Source of the DNA: an uncultured candidate division Zixibacteria bacterium
Lineage (GTDB): Bacteria; Zixibacteria; MSB-5A5; GN15; FEB-12
Reading direction: 5' to 3'
DNA length: 64,000 nucleotides
Assembly (NCBI GenBank): GCA_963806185.1
Contig: CAWDXE010000001.1
Span: 896,001 to 960,000, forward strand
Shown here: positions 40,906-50,524 of the stretch, one piece after another
Layout of the letters: each line of letters opens with the position of its first letter
Numbering within the stretch: the first letter of the stretch is position 1
Made by a program: the position numbers and the translations under genes
The notes under the pieces: generated by a model
What the model was told of the DNA's origin: nothing
Databases searched by the model: none
What the model saw: the letters and a program-made list of their open reading frames with translations, nothing else

Positions 40906-43545
40906 TCACTTGCCGACAGTCAGGATGCCGCGCAAGCGAATGTCCTTTGATGAAGCGCCGATCATGATCGTAAAGTCACCCGGTTCGACAACGGTGTGTA
41001 GATTCTTATCCAACATCGACAGCATGGCCGGAGTGACGGCAAATTGTACGACCTGCGTTTCCCCCGGCAGCAAATGAACACGCTTGAACCCCTTGAGTTC
41101 TGTTATGGGACGGGCAACTGAGGCGAATTGATCTCGGATATATAGTTGCACAACCTCGTCTCCGGCCACAACCCCAGAGTTTTTCACCCGGCAGGTAACA
41201 ACGCCTGAGTCCGTCGGCGAAATCCGGTTATCATCCAATGACAGGTCAGTGTATTCGAAAGTTGCGTAGCTCAAGCCGTAGCCGAACGGAAATAGTGGTT
41301 GACCGGTAAGGTCGGCATAGTCATCTCCCCGGCCGGTCGGCTTATGATTGTAGACAAGCGGTAGTTGTCCTTCCGCCACCGGGAAGGTGATCGGCAAACG
41401 CCCGGCTGGAGAGTAATCACCAAATAGGATATCGGCGACCGCGTCGCCCCCCGCCTCGCCGGGGTACCAGACATCAAGGACGGCAGAAACATCGGCCAGC
41501 CAGGAATTCATAGTGATCGCGCTGCCGCCCACGAGGACGACGACAACCGGCTTTCCTGTGGCGGCCACACGCTTGATCAACTCCTCCTGACGACCGGGCA
41601 AGGCGAGGTTGGCGCGATCGCGAAACTCACCCTCCTCGATTCCCACCACGACAATCGCAACATCACTCCGAGCCGCAAGAGCCACCGCTTCAGCCATAGC
41701 GGAATCGGATTGTGGGGGAAGACCGGCATCCCACACGAGTCGAAACCAGGCGTTGCCGAAAGGTTCGAAGAACTCGATGCGAATGTCGTATAGCCTCTCC
41801 TTCTCGAAGCGATAGTCGGTGACCAGCGTGCGTCGGCTGATCTTGTGCCAGTTGTCGATGAGGAGTGAGTCGTTAAGGTAGAGCCGGTAGCCATCGTTAC
41901 CGTCGATGCCAATCTTGTAGACACCGGTGCCCGGACCCCTGAGTTTTCCCGTCCAGCGAACGGAATAGAAATCATACGGCAGCTTGGCGGGGTCCGGCGA
42001 GAAGAGGGTCCATTGAAATTGAACTTGCCGATCCACTCGACTGAGGACCGGGGTTCCGCTCAGTGCGACATTAGCGAAATACGACCCGACCAGACCGGTC
42101 TGTACAGTGTCATGCAACGTACAAGAAAGGTAGTCGGCTGCGACAGTGCCGTAGTCAGCCTCGACTCTTGGGCACCCCTTGGCATACTGCACGTTGGCCG
42201 AGGTGCCCACTTTCTTACGGATGCCGTCGAGTATACTCACCGGGTTGTTCCCCGGCCCGCTGTAACCGCCCAACCGCACTTCGGATGCATCCGGACCAAG
42301 CACGGCGATTGATTTCAATTTCTTGCTGAATGGAAGCGTCTTGTAATCGTTCTTCAGGAGTACGGTAGACTCCAGAGACGCCTTGAGCGCCAGTTGTCGA
42401 GGTGAGACATCAGAGTCATCCGGCTTATCCGAAGTATTCAGGCCATACGGATTCTCAAACAATCCCAGCTCGAACTTGGCTCGCAACACTCGAGCGACGG
42501 CGCTATCGATCATATCACCGGGAATCCGTCCGTCCAGAAATGGCGGACTGAAAAGCGAGAAATGGTCAAACGAGGTCTGGAAGATGACGTCGAGCCCACC
42601 CTTGAGGGCCAGCTCGCCGGATTCCGCATAATCTTTCGACGTGAAATGAAGAACGTTGGCGCCGCCCACCGCGCCGGCGTCGGAAATAATGAAGCCGGCA
42701 AAGCCGAGTTCCTTTTTCAAGAGCGTTGTGTTGAGCCACTCATTGGCCGAACAGGGAGTGCCGTCATACGAATTGTAGGATGTCATCAGCGAACGCGACC
42801 CGCCGCGGGTGATGCAGTCAACAAACGGCGGTATATGAATTTCGCGAAGAAGGCGTTCGCTATACTGAATCGGATAGCTGTCGCGACCGCCGTCGCCGAC
42901 ATTGGCGATGAAGTGCTTCGGCGTCGTGATAACGCCGCGTTTTTCGAACTCCGATACAAACGCCACGCCCATCGCGGAGGTCAAAAAGGGATCTTCGCCG
43001 TAGGTCTCCTCCACCCGGCCCCAGCGGACGTCGCCGGCGATGTTCACGACAGGCGACAGAACCTGCCGGATACCGCGACTGCGGCAGTCGCGAGCGATGA
43101 CCGCTGACACCTGATGCATGAGCGATGTGTCGAATGTCGCCGCCAACGCAATCGCCTGGGGAAACGAGGTGGCACCTTTTTGTACTGCGCCGTGCAATGC
43201 CTCACAGAACGGAATTATTGGGATGCCGAGTCGGGTGCTGTCTACAAAGTGACGCTGGATGGCGTTGACGAGCGCGACGGTGAGCGCGCTATCATAGGAA
43301 GCGGGGATCTGAAAGCCAAACGCACCATCGCGATATTTGGCGGCACCGCTATCGAGATCGGCAGCCAGCATGAACAGTTGCCAGAATTTCTCCTCAGGCG
43401 TCATCCGCTTCAGCAGGTCCTGAACGCGTGGTTCGATCGGGAGGCGGGCATCTCTGTACGGCTGACCGCATACCGTTGCCGCCATAAGCAGCAGCAGGAA
43501 CAAACCAGCCATAATAGGCAACCGGTCAGTGCACGGAGATTTCAT
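40906..43545 (-). CDS. GH3 beta-glycosidase with PA14 insert and Fn3-like C-terminus, secreted
   Basis: EALHG, RWGRVEETYGEDP, KHF, IISDA, PA14 FYSVRWTG, PFGYGLSY, DEVVQLY. Confidence 0.95.
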   Translation of the reverse strand: MKSPCTDRLPIMAGLFLLLLMAATVCGQPYRDARLPIEPRVQDLLKRMTPEEKFWQLFMLAADLDSGAAKYRDGAFGFQIPASYDSALTVALVNAIQRHFVDSTRLGIPIIPFCEALHGAVQKGATSFPQAIALAATFDTSLMHQVSAVIARDCRSRGIRQVLSPVVNIAGDVRWGRVEETYGEDPFLTSAMGVAFVSEFEKRGVITTPKHFIANVGDGGRDSYPIQYSERLLREIHIPPFVDCITRGGSRSLMTSYNSYDGTPCSANEWLNTTLLKKELGFAGFIISDAGAVGGANVLHFTSKDYAESGELALKGGLDVIFQTSFDHFSLFSPPFLDGRIPGDMIDSAVARVLRAKFELGLFENPYGLNTSDKPDDSDVSPRQLALKASLESTVLLKNDYKTLPFSKKLKSIAVLGPDASEVRLGGYSGPGNNPVSILDGIRKKVGTSANVQYAKGCPRVEADYGTVAADYLSCTLHDTVQTGLVGSYFANVALSGTPVLSRVDRQVQFQWTLFSPDPAKLPYDFYSVRWTGKLRGPGTGVYKIGIDGNDGYRLYLNDSLLIDNWHKISRRTLVTDYRFEKERLYDIRIEFFEPFGNAWFRLVWDAGLPPQSDSAMAEAVALAARSDVAIVVVGIEEGEFRDRANLALPGRQEELIKRVAATGKPVVVVLVGGSAITMNSWLADVSAVLDVWYPGEAGGDAVADILFGDYSPAGRLPITFPVAEGQLPLVYNHKPTGRGDDYADLTGQPLFPFGYGLSYATFEYTDLSLDDNRISPTDSGVVTCRVKNSGVVAGDEVVQLYIRDQFASVARPITELKGFKRVHLLPGETQVVQFAVTPAMLSMLDKNLHTVVEPGDFTIMIGASSKDIRLRGILTVGK

Positions 43546-45772
43546 CGATGAATATCCACGCCTTTCCACCTGACCCCTTATGCCAGGTTGGGCAAGTTTC
43601 CATGTTATCCGCGCTCACGCGAACATAGCGCGCCTCGGTCGGCGGAAACGTGACATCGAATGGAGCTATGATGGCGCCGTCCTTGTCCGCCGGCGTTACG
43701 TTGGCGACACTACCAACTGTGCGATAGGCCTTTCCGTCAGTAGAAAGCGAGAAAGTCACGGTGAGGGGCATGAAGACCCAGGAATTGATGTCCTGCAGGA
43801 AATCGGTGTTGATCGCGGAGATCGTCTGAACGGAACCCAGATCGATAGTGGCCTGCATATCCTCGCCCTCGAAACCGAGCCAGTGGGCGTGATAGTCACC
43901 CCACCCCTTCATACCGTCGACCAGAGCGGTGGCGTCACCGCCATGGTATTTCTTGCTTGCGGGCGGTTCCAATGTGATCGTCTTGCGACGAGCGAGGTGA
44001 TTGACAGTACCTTCCTCAAAGAATGCAGATGTTGAGGCAAGGTACTCATCGGGTGAGATACCGCTCTCCCAAAGTCTGGGAACGCCAGCCGCCTTGCAGC
44101 GCTGGACGAAGAGCTTCAGCAGCTCGGAAATCTCCGGTCGGACGGTCAGTTGGCCGTTGTCATTCACGGCGAAACAGCCGCGGTCTCCCGTGCCGCCCAC
44201 TTTGGCCTGCTCGAGGACGGCATATTGCAGGGGAAGTCGGCAGGTCCGCACGCGGGCCAGCACCGCGGAGTCGTTTCGAACCGCATCCTCGGCCCGGTCG
44301 AACAGCGCACCATACGTATCGAGCATCGCCGGAGACAGATACCCGTGTTCGGACACCAGCGGATAACCGTAAATATCGAGGTTTTCGCCGGAGGCAACCA
44401 GCGCGGCATGCATGGTGTCAATATACTGCCTGATATGCGGAGCGGCGTCGCCGTAGAAGCCGTGCAGGAAGTCGTTCATGACGGAATCGACGTTGAGATT
44501 CGGATTCCACAGCAACTTGGCGATCAGGTAGATGCGTAGTTCGGCAAATTCGCCGTACATCTGGCCGAGACCCTGCTCGAAGACGGTGGCTATCCCGTTG
44601 TTTACAAAGAACTGTATGTTGGGTTGGAGGACATGGAGGTTCGGGAACGGGCTCATCAAGTTGCGAAATTGAATGACATAATCCCATAGAAAGATATTGT
44701 GCGTCAGGCTGCTCCAGTCGCGGACATCCTTCACAAACGAAGTACTGCTCGGATCCTCAGCGAGAGGTTTGCTCCGATTGCACTCGATACTGCACAGCAT
44801 GATGTTGACGTTCGGTCGCGGTTTCAGGTGCTTCGGCGCGGAACGGGAATACTGGTAGGCCAGCGTGGATATGGTCTTATCCGGGAATTCGTCGGCGACG
44901 CGATTGACGAAAGCGAGAAGTGATCCGGAGGGGGAGCCCTCGACACTTTCAATCGCCCGACAGGCGGCGCATTCGCATGGGACATACGTGTCATTCTGTG
45001 AGACGGACCAGAAGGTCGCTTCCGGTTTGGCGGCCATGAGGGTACGGAGACGGTCGACGACGATACGAAAGACATCCGGGTTAGTCAGGCACAACTGACC
45101 GCGCGGAGTCCGGTTACCGTTGAGCAGCGAGAAATACTCAGGGTGTGACGAGAAGAAAGAGTCCGGCGGAACGAGGGTTTTGAAGGTGTGCACAAACAGG
45201 CCGAATTCATTATGGGTGTCAAGCTTGTGCCAGGCGACATACGATGAATCGTGGATATCCTGCATACGAAAGATGATGGCGGGAATTTGGGTGTCATCAC
45301 CAAGCAGGAGCTCAATCGTCGTAGTGTGCGGTATTACACGGACCCATTGGCTGTACATCCGACAGTTGAGGTAGGATTCAAGAAACGTGTAGACGCCGTT
45401 CTGCAGACCGCGATCGGTATGTCCGGTCAAGTAGATACGCTTTGGCTCGATGCTGATCCGGAAGCCGTCTTCGCCGAGTTGAGAAGTCACCAATTTGGGG
45501 TCATGACTCTCGCCCACCGCAAGTATGATCTGCCGGCCACCTTTCGCAAGGGCATGGGTAATGGGCAGCTCTGCGCCTGAGACACGAATAATGTAGGACT
45601 GCAACGTATCGGCTATGGCGGTCGTACTCGTGGAAGCTCCGTCCTTCACATAGATACTGAATCGGGAGTGTGAGTTTTTCACCAGCTCCATAGAGGTTGA
45701 GAAAGCCGTCGGCACAACCGTCAGCCAGAACAACGTGACGGTGAGGGCAACTTTCATGCGATGCAAGTTCAT
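43526..45772 (-). CDS. DUF4838 domain secreted protein (GH20/GH67-like N-terminal domain, F5/8-like C-terminus)
   Basis: LGEDGF, GVYTFLE, HPEYF, QLCLTNP, QND..CECAAC, TLAY, WDY; ATGA-coupled to GH29. Confidence 0.8.
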   Translation of the reverse strand: MNLHRMKVALTVTLFWLTVVPTAFSTSMELVKNSHSRFSIYVKDGASTSTTAIADTLQSYIIRVSGAELPITHALAKGGRQIILAVGESHDPKLVTSQLGEDGFRISIEPKRIYLTGHTDRGLQNGVYTFLESYLNCRMYSQWVRVIPHTTTIELLLGDDTQIPAIIFRMQDIHDSSYVAWHKLDTHNEFGLFVHTFKTLVPPDSFFSSHPEYFSLLNGNRTPRGQLCLTNPDVFRIVVDRLRTLMAAKPEATFWSVSQNDTYVPCECAACRAIESVEGSPSGSLLAFVNRVADEFPDKTISTLAYQYSRSAPKHLKPRPNVNIMLCSIECNRSKPLAEDPSSTSFVKDVRDWSSLTHNIFLWDYVIQFRNLMSPFPNLHVLQPNIQFFVNNGIATVFEQGLGQMYGEFAELRIYLIAKLLWNPNLNVDSVMNDFLHGFYGDAAPHIRQYIDTMHAALVASGENLDIYGYPLVSEHGYLSPAMLDTYGALFDRAEDAVRNDSAVLARVRTCRLPLQYAVLEQAKVGGTGDRGCFAVNDNGQLTVRPEISELLKLFVQRCKAAGVPRLWESGISPDEYLASTSAFFEEGTVNHLARRKTITLEPPASKKYHGGDATALVDGMKGWGDYHAHWLGFEGEDMQATIDLGSVQTISAINTDFLQDINSWVFMPLTVTFSLSTDGKAYRTVGSVANVTPADKDGAIIAPFDVTFPPTEARYVRVSADNMETCPTWHKGSGGKAWIFIDEISVH

Positions 45773-47205
45773 GGTTGGCCCGGCGTGAAATGAAAGGCCC
45801 AGGCGTAGCGGCAAGGCGGATTGCTGCGGAGGGATTCCGGAATCTTAATCACGCAGCCGCCGGCAACGTTCTCCCACGTAAGCGGTTCGTTGACACCGAG
45901 CATGGTGACTGCGCTGCCTGCTTCCGGGGCAAAGGCTCTGATTTCGACAGTGGCAGGCATTGTAGTTTCACCGTCATCGGCAAGATATATGGCGTTGATC
46001 GAGTGATCGGGCAGGCGTGTGTAACAGACCTTCCCTTCCTTGTACGGCGCAACCGCGCGGCTGTAGTAGAGCGCGCTCCCGTTGATCTTCATCCACGCAC
46101 CGAGGTCCTTCAGGCGGAGCAATGATTCCGGCGGCAGTTCACCCTCGGGGCTGGGGCCGATATTCAGCAGCAGATTGCCGCCTTTGGCGACAATATCGAC
46201 CAGGAGATGAATCAGTTTGGCGGTTGGCTTGTAGGTATCGGTCGAGACATAGCTCCAGGAGGTGGCCATGGTCATGCAGGTTTCCCAGACGTAACTGAGC
46301 GCCGTGTCGGGGATTTCCTGTTCGGGCGTGCGATAGTTCTGGTACCGTCCTTCGACGGCGCGATCGACGATGATCAGTCCGGGCTGAAGTTCGCGCGCCA
46401 TGGCGGCAATACGCGGCATGTCGATATTCTGATCGCACGGGTTCTTCCCCCAGCGCGGCGACGTCGGGGTCATCGGCTGTACCCAGCCGCCGTCGAGCCA
46501 GAGGATGTCGACACTGCCGTAGTTGGTCATCAACTCCTTGATCTGGTTGGTCGTGAACGTTTTGAACGCCTCCCACCTTTGCGGATATCTTTGCATATCG
46601 TAGTTGACGTTACGGTCAAACGGCGGAAAGTAGGGACACCAGTAGTCGGGGCAGTGCCAGTCCGCCTTGGAAAAATAGGCGCCGATGCCAAAACCTTGTG
46701 TGCGAAACGACTTGAATATCTCGGCGGCAATATTGCTCTTCGGATTGGTGCTGAACGGACATGCTGGGTCGGTCACTTTGTAGTCGGTCTCTTTCGTGTC
46801 GAACATGCAGAAACCGTCGTGGTGCTTGGTCGTGAAGATGACATACTTCATCCCGGCCTCCTTGGCGGCGGCCGCCCAGGAGTCGGGGTCGAATCTGGTC
46901 GGATTAAAGGTCGTTTTCAGATTCTCATACGCCGTCTTGTAGGCAAAGTAATCCTTCGCAAACGGCCCCCGACGTTCGCACCAGTTTTCGTCTTCGGGAC
47001 AGAGGCTCCAGCTCTCGACAATCTGCCACTGACTATAGGTGCCCCAGTGCATGAGAAGACCGAATTTCATGTCCTGGAACCACTCCAGCTTTTTGAGCAC
47101 AAGCGGGTCGGTTTCCTTGTCGGTGGCGGCCTCCGGTTGTGCGAGACAGGCTGCGCCGAGGAGTAGGCAAGCAAGACAACCGATGAGAACACGAGCATTG
47201 AGCAT
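45769..47205 (-). CDS. GH29 alpha-L-fucosidase, secreted
   Basis: KFGLLMHWG, TTKHHDGF, ILWLDG, TPEQ, WETCMT, GGNLLLNIGP. Confidence 0.95.
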   Translation of the reverse strand: MLNARVLIGCLACLLLGAACLAQPEAATDKETDPLVLKKLEWFQDMKFGLLMHWGTYSQWQIVESWSLCPEDENWCERRGPFAKDYFAYKTAYENLKTTFNPTRFDPDSWAAAAKEAGMKYVIFTTKHHDGFCMFDTKETDYKVTDPACPFSTNPKSNIAAEIFKSFRTQGFGIGAYFSKADWHCPDYWCPYFPPFDRNVNYDMQRYPQRWEAFKTFTTNQIKELMTNYGSVDILWLDGGWVQPMTPTSPRWGKNPCDQNIDMPRIAAMARELQPGLIIVDRAVEGRYQNYRTPEQEIPDTALSYVWETCMTMATSWSYVSTDTYKPTAKLIHLLVDIVAKGGNLLLNIGPSPEGELPPESLLRLKDLGAWMKINGSALYYSRAVAPYKEGKVCYTRLPDHSINAIYLADDGETTMPATVEIRAFAPEAGSAVTMLGVNEPLTWENVAGGCVIKIPESLRSNPPCRYAWAFHFTPGQP

Positions 47206-47349
47206 TGGACGAGAATCTGATTTATCGAACACGCTGACCTCCAACGATGCTGTTAGCAATCATCCAAGGATAAGCAGGACGATTGCCGATAGGCAAGGCT
47301 CAGTTTGTGAGTTTTCCGGCCACCCGACCCAGAGCCGCCAGTCGTACCC

Positions 47350-47378
47350 TTGCAAAACCGGGTCGATAGGGCTAGATT
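47350..47378 (+). promoter_or_regulatory. sigma70-type promoter candidate
   Basis: TTGCAA-N17-TAGATT. Confidence 0.5.
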
Positions 47379-47422
47379 GACTATATACGGTTAGACAATT
47401 GAGCGAAGGGGTGACTACGATT

Positions 47423-48892
47423 ATGCGCCGGTTATGGTTTTCAGTAATCTTGATCCTCGCGTGCTTTGCGTTAACTCTCCGCGCTACGGCCGTCACGACG
47501 CCCGAAAGCGGATGCTACGCGATTGTGGTCGGCCAGGACGTATCCGTCACAGGTTCTGTGCTGATGGCCCACAATGAGGATGACTATGGTCCGCAAATTG
47601 TCAATCACCGTTGGGTACCTCGTACTTCCCACGGCGCGGATGAGGTCATTCGTGTCAACGGCGGTCTGACCATTCCACAGGTTTCCGAAACGTGGGGGTA
47701 TGTCTGGTCGGAAATTCCGGGTATGCTTTTCTCCGACAGCTACATTAATGAGAAGGGGGTTGGCGTCTGCTCGGATGCTTGCAGTTCACGTGAAGACCGG
47801 TCGGACCTGACCGGCGGCGGAATCGATTACATGCTTCGCCGAATTGTCGCGGAGCGGGCGTCTTCTTCGCGCGAAGGTGTGCACCTGGCGGGCGAGTTGG
47901 TCGAGCGATTTGGGTACACCGGATCGGGAAGGACGTATGTGATTTGTGATCCCAATGAAGGTTGGCTGTTTTGCGTCGTTATGGGGAGACATTGGGTGGC
48001 CGAGCGAGTGCCCGATAGTCAAGTGGCGATAATAGCCAACACATACACCGTGCAGACAGTTGATCTTGCCGACACGGTCAATTTCCTCGGCTCAGCAGAT
48101 CTGATCGATTATGCGATGGCGCGAGGGTGGTACAATCCGAAGACTTCTGGTTCCTTCAGTTTTGCCAAAGTGTATGCCGAACCGGGCGTCGCGGCTGATT
48201 CGAGCAACATAGTCCGGCAATGGAACGGGTATCGCATGATTCTGGCGGAGCCGCCGGATATCACCAAGCCCCTTCCCTTTTCAGGCAGACCATCGCGCAA
48301 AATCGGCGTGCGAGACATCCTGCCGGTCTTGCGCAGTCATTTTGAGCAGACGCCGATGTATGCCGAGGATTCCGCAACCAGTTGTCCTCACGCCAACAGA
48401 ATCTCTCCTACGTGCAATCAGATGACACAAACCAGCTTTGTCGCGGAATTGAGAAGTGAGACGGCGGACGGTATCGGGTCGGCGTACTGGGTGTGCCTGT
48501 CGGCGCCATGTCTATCCTGTTACGTTCCCTTCTATGTTGGATCATCTGACTTTCCGGCCGCATACACGGGTGAGAGTGTTACACCGACTGAAGAGTATTT
48601 CCACGCGCGGTTGGCGCAGCCATTTGCCGTGGATGATTCGAGCGCCTTTTGGACGTTTTCGAACATGCGATATCTGGTCGAACAGGAATACGGCCGTAAG
48701 GCAGACGTGCTCCGCACGGTTCTTGAACTGGTGGAAGCCGAGTCACTTGGTGAGCAGGGTGAGGTTGAGTCAGAAGCCCAACGGTTGATGATCACTGATC
48801 CGGATGGAGCGCGGCGAATTCTCAGTGAGTATTCAGGCACCATATATCAGGCGGCGATCAGTGCGCTGGCGCAATTTCAACCTAAGAAGTAG
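47423..48892 (+). CDS. Peptidase C69 family dipeptidase (Ntn hydrolase), secreted
   Basis: Signal peptide then nucleophile CYAIVVG, AHNED, INEKGV, AERASSSREGV, WVAERVPD. Confidence 0.88.
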   Translation: MRRLWFSVILILACFALTLRATAVTTPESGCYAIVVGQDVSVTGSVLMAHNEDDYGPQIVNHRWVPRTSHGADEVIRVNGGLTIPQVSETWGYVWSEIPGMLFSDSYINEKGVGVCSDACSSREDRSDLTGGGIDYMLRRIVAERASSSREGVHLAGELVERFGYTGSGRTYVICDPNEGWLFCVVMGRHWVAERVPDSQVAIIANTYTVQTVDLADTVNFLGSADLIDYAMARGWYNPKTSGSFSFAKVYAEPGVAADSSNIVRQWNGYRMILAEPPDITKPLPFSGRPSRKIGVRDILPVLRSHFEQTPMYAEDSATSCPHANRISPTCNQMTQTSFVAELRSETADGIGSAYWVCLSAPCLSCYVPFYVGSSDFPAAYTGESVTPTEEYFHARLAQPFAVDDSSAFWTFSNMRYLVEQEYGRKADVLRTVLELVEAESLGEQGEVESEAQRLMITDPDGARRILSEYSGTIYQAAISALAQFQPKK

Positions 48893-48893
48893 C

Positions 48894-49322
48894 TCACCCC
48901 TTGAATCCGACTTGTGAGTGAGTACCGTCGCAAAACGGTTTGTTGCCTGATTGACCGCATCGGCAGAAGGAAGTCTTACCCTCCCGCGATTCTTCCGCCC
49001 CGTCATCATGGGAAATTCGGAGATTGCCGGAAATCACCAGCGGGCCGTCCGGCTGGACCGCTACCGTTGCGGTTGCCTTGGCATCCGACGCGAGGGCAGC
49101 CTGATCGTTGCGAAAACTCGAGAGTGCGCCGGAGGGACACCTGCCGACCTGCGCGACGATCCGGTCGCTGGGAGCGCCGTCAATCGTAATCCAGGGACGC
49201 CGTTTGGGCTCGAAGACCGCATTTAATTCCCGCCAGCAATTACCGGAATGAATGCACATATCCGGTTTCCACACGACGGTGACTTCACCGTTTGAATACT
49301 TCTTGATCACTTGCTTTGTCAT
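48894..49322 (-). CDS. YjdI-like divergent [4Fe-4S] domain fused to CDGSH [2Fe-2S] domain
   Basis: CIHSGNC...CPSGAL; CRCGQSGNKPFCDGTH. Confidence 0.88.
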   Translation of the reverse strand: MTKQVIKKYSNGEVTVVWKPDMCIHSGNCWRELNAVFEPKRRPWITIDGAPSDRIVAQVGRCPSGALSSFRNDQAALASDAKATATVAVQPDGPLVISGNLRISHDDGAEESREGKTSFCRCGQSGNKPFCDGTHSQVGFKG

Positions 49323-49338
49323 CTTCTGAACGCTCCAT

Positions 49339-49623
49339 TCATCCGGTCAGGACATCGGCATATTCGGGGTTCTTGGCAAACTCGGCCTTGGCGAACGGAC
49401 AAAGCGGGATAATCTTCACTTGCTGTTCGCGGGCATATTTGACCCCCTCGGCAACGAGCAGCTTGCCGACCCCCTGCCCCTTAAGAGACGAGGAAACTTC
49501 GGTGTGATCGATGATCATGGCCGACGGCCCATTCATGACAAACGTCATGCGGGCGATGCACTTACCCTCTCGTTCGATAAAGAACTCGCCCTTCTGTCCG
49601 TCGAAAGTGCGTTTGATCTCCAT
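49339..49623 (-). CDS. YjdJ-like small GNAT acetyltransferase
   Basis: IIDHTEV, LKGQGVG, IIPLCPF. Confidence 0.9.
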   Translation of the reverse strand: MEIKRTFDGQKGEFFIEREGKCIARMTFVMNGPSAMIIDHTEVSSSLKGQGVGKLLVAEGVKYAREQQVKIIPLCPFAKAEFAKNPEYADVLTG

Positions 49624-49678
49624 GGTGACTTTCCTGTTATTGGTACCGCTCGATGGTATTCCGAACGACTTGTGATGG

Positions 49679-49707
49679 CTAAACACGCGTGCGATCGAAT
49701 CGGTTCC
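49679..49707 (-). promoter_or_regulatory. ECF-type promoter candidate for the GNAT/CDGSH genes
   Basis: GGAACCG-N16-GTTTAG. Confidence 0.4.
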
Positions 49708-49729
49708 GGCGACGTTCTGACAAACGCGC

Positions 49730-50515
49730 TCACCCACGATCCGACAGTCGCTCCTTTGGAAGTCGACCCAGTAGCTGCAGCAGGCCGTCGAGAATCGTAA
49801 TCGGATGAGGAGGGCAACCGGGGATGAACAGATCAACCGGCAACGTTCTGGAGACACCGTTGTGCACCTGCTGATGGTCGATATATGGTCCGCCGGAGAT
49901 AGCGCAGGCGCCGACAGCGATCACGATCTTTGGGTCGGGCACTGCGTCATATGTCTTTTGGAGAGCCAGAAGCATGTTCTCGGTCACCGGACCGGTGATT
50001 AATAGGCCATCGGCGTGCCGCGGTGATGCGACCAACTGAATGCCGAAGCGGCCGAGGTCAAAGACAATCGTTCCGAGGACATTGACCTCAACTTCGCACC
50101 CGTTGCACCCACCGGCGCTCACCTGGCGCAGTCTCAGGGATCGCTTGAACAGGCGGAGAGTTTCATCGTTAAGTTTCTGAACCAACGCCCGTTCCGAGCC
50201 GTGCGCGACGATCAGGTCGGACCGCACGCTCGTCGCCAGGTGGTAGTCATCCGAGAAGTGAATCAGATCGGATGGACAAGCTTGCTCGCATTCTCCGCAA
50301 AACAGGCACCGTCCGAGATCGATTGCCGGATGGCGATCGACGAGCGAAATAGCCGAGGTCGGGCAGGCCGCCACACAATCAGAACATCCGCTGCCACAAG
50401 GGTCGGAGCTGATAATCGGACGTCCCTCAAATCGATCTGGCAAGTTTGGCGATTCATCGGGAAAGCCGATCGTGCGGTTACCGAATTTGGCGCGAGCGAG
50501 TAATGCTTTCAACAT
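49730..50515 (-). CDS. ehrS: Ehr small subunit: 2x[4Fe-4S] ferredoxin fused to NuoB/HyfI-like domain
   Basis: CSDCVAACP, CLFCGECEQACP; GGCNGC, SPRHAD, GACAISGG, PGCPP. Confidence 0.9.
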   Translation of the reverse strand: MLKALLARAKFGNRTIGFPDESPNLPDRFEGRPIISSDPCGSGCSDCVAACPTSAISLVDRHPAIDLGRCLFCGECEQACPSDLIHFSDDYHLATSVRSDLIVAHGSERALVQKLNDETLRLFKRSLRLRQVSAGGCNGCEVEVNVLGTIVFDLGRFGIQLVASPRHADGLLITGPVTENMLLALQKTYDAVPDPKIVIAVGACAISGGPYIDHQQVHNGVSRTLPVDLFIPGCPPHPITILDGLLQLLGRLPKERLSDRG

Positions 50516-50524
50516 AATGACACT

